Origin: Chloroflexota bacterium
GTDB taxonomy: Bacteria > Chloroflexota > Dehalococcoidia > Lucifugimonadales > UBA3495
DNA: 64,000 bases
Direction: 5' to 3'
NCBI GenBank assembly: GCA_028875655.1
Contig: JAPPCX010000085.1
Location: forward strand, 9,887-73,886
A program made the position numbers and the translations under genes. Positions 63,966 to 64,000 of this stretch are shown here, one piece after another. Position 1 is the first letter of the stretch, and the number at the start of each line of letters is the position of its first letter. Below the pieces are notes generated by a model that ran no database searches, was not told where the DNA came from, and saw only the letters and a program-made list of their open reading frames with translations.

Positions 63966-64000
63966 GCCAAAGTAGCAGCCTTCTCGTCCGAACGAGATTG

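Overview
High-GC (sampled 60-nt lines about 65-70% G+C), densely coding bacterial chromosomal segment with no rRNA or tRNA genes, CRISPR arrays, integrases or transposases that I could recognise. Recognisable genes include plsY, a MoxR-DUF58-transglutaminase operon, ogt, etfBA, malate synthase, gcvTH, rnhA, an EF-G paralog, a methylmalonyl-CoA mutase catalytic subunit, tyrS, ribF, comEA, two LLM flavin oxidoreductases, two family-III CoA-transferases, DUF1501, an XDH-family Mo subunit and an Asp23 stress operon. This gene content, together with several families of short GC-rich palindromic intergenic repeats, suggests a Chloroflexota/SAR202-like organism; that is inference only and has not been checked by any search. 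Accessory or unusual content is listed below.
(1) Two tandem paralogous small-protein genes, each with its own near-consensus promoter and strong SD; the second also has a strong terminator.
(2) A co-directional cluster of a DNA methyltransferase-HNH fusion, a low-GC HEPN-like fusion protein and a DUF2283 gene.
(3) A low-GC PD-(D/E)XK nuclease gene divergent from a translationally coupled pair made of an unknown protein and a HEPN-like protein.
(4) A NYN-domain gene broken by two compensating frameshifts, next to a radical-SAM/HhH DNA-modification gene that lacks its usual partner.
(5) A hicBA-like cassette wedged inside the MoxR operon.
(6) A six-gene STAS / RR-PP2C / RsbW-like / SBP / histidine-kinase / hydrolase operon with no sigma factor.
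(7) A divergent 772-aa PEPCK-like protein next to malate synthase.
(8) A gene interrupted by an in-frame TAG.
All family calls rest on motif recognition by eye and need HMM or BLAST confirmation.
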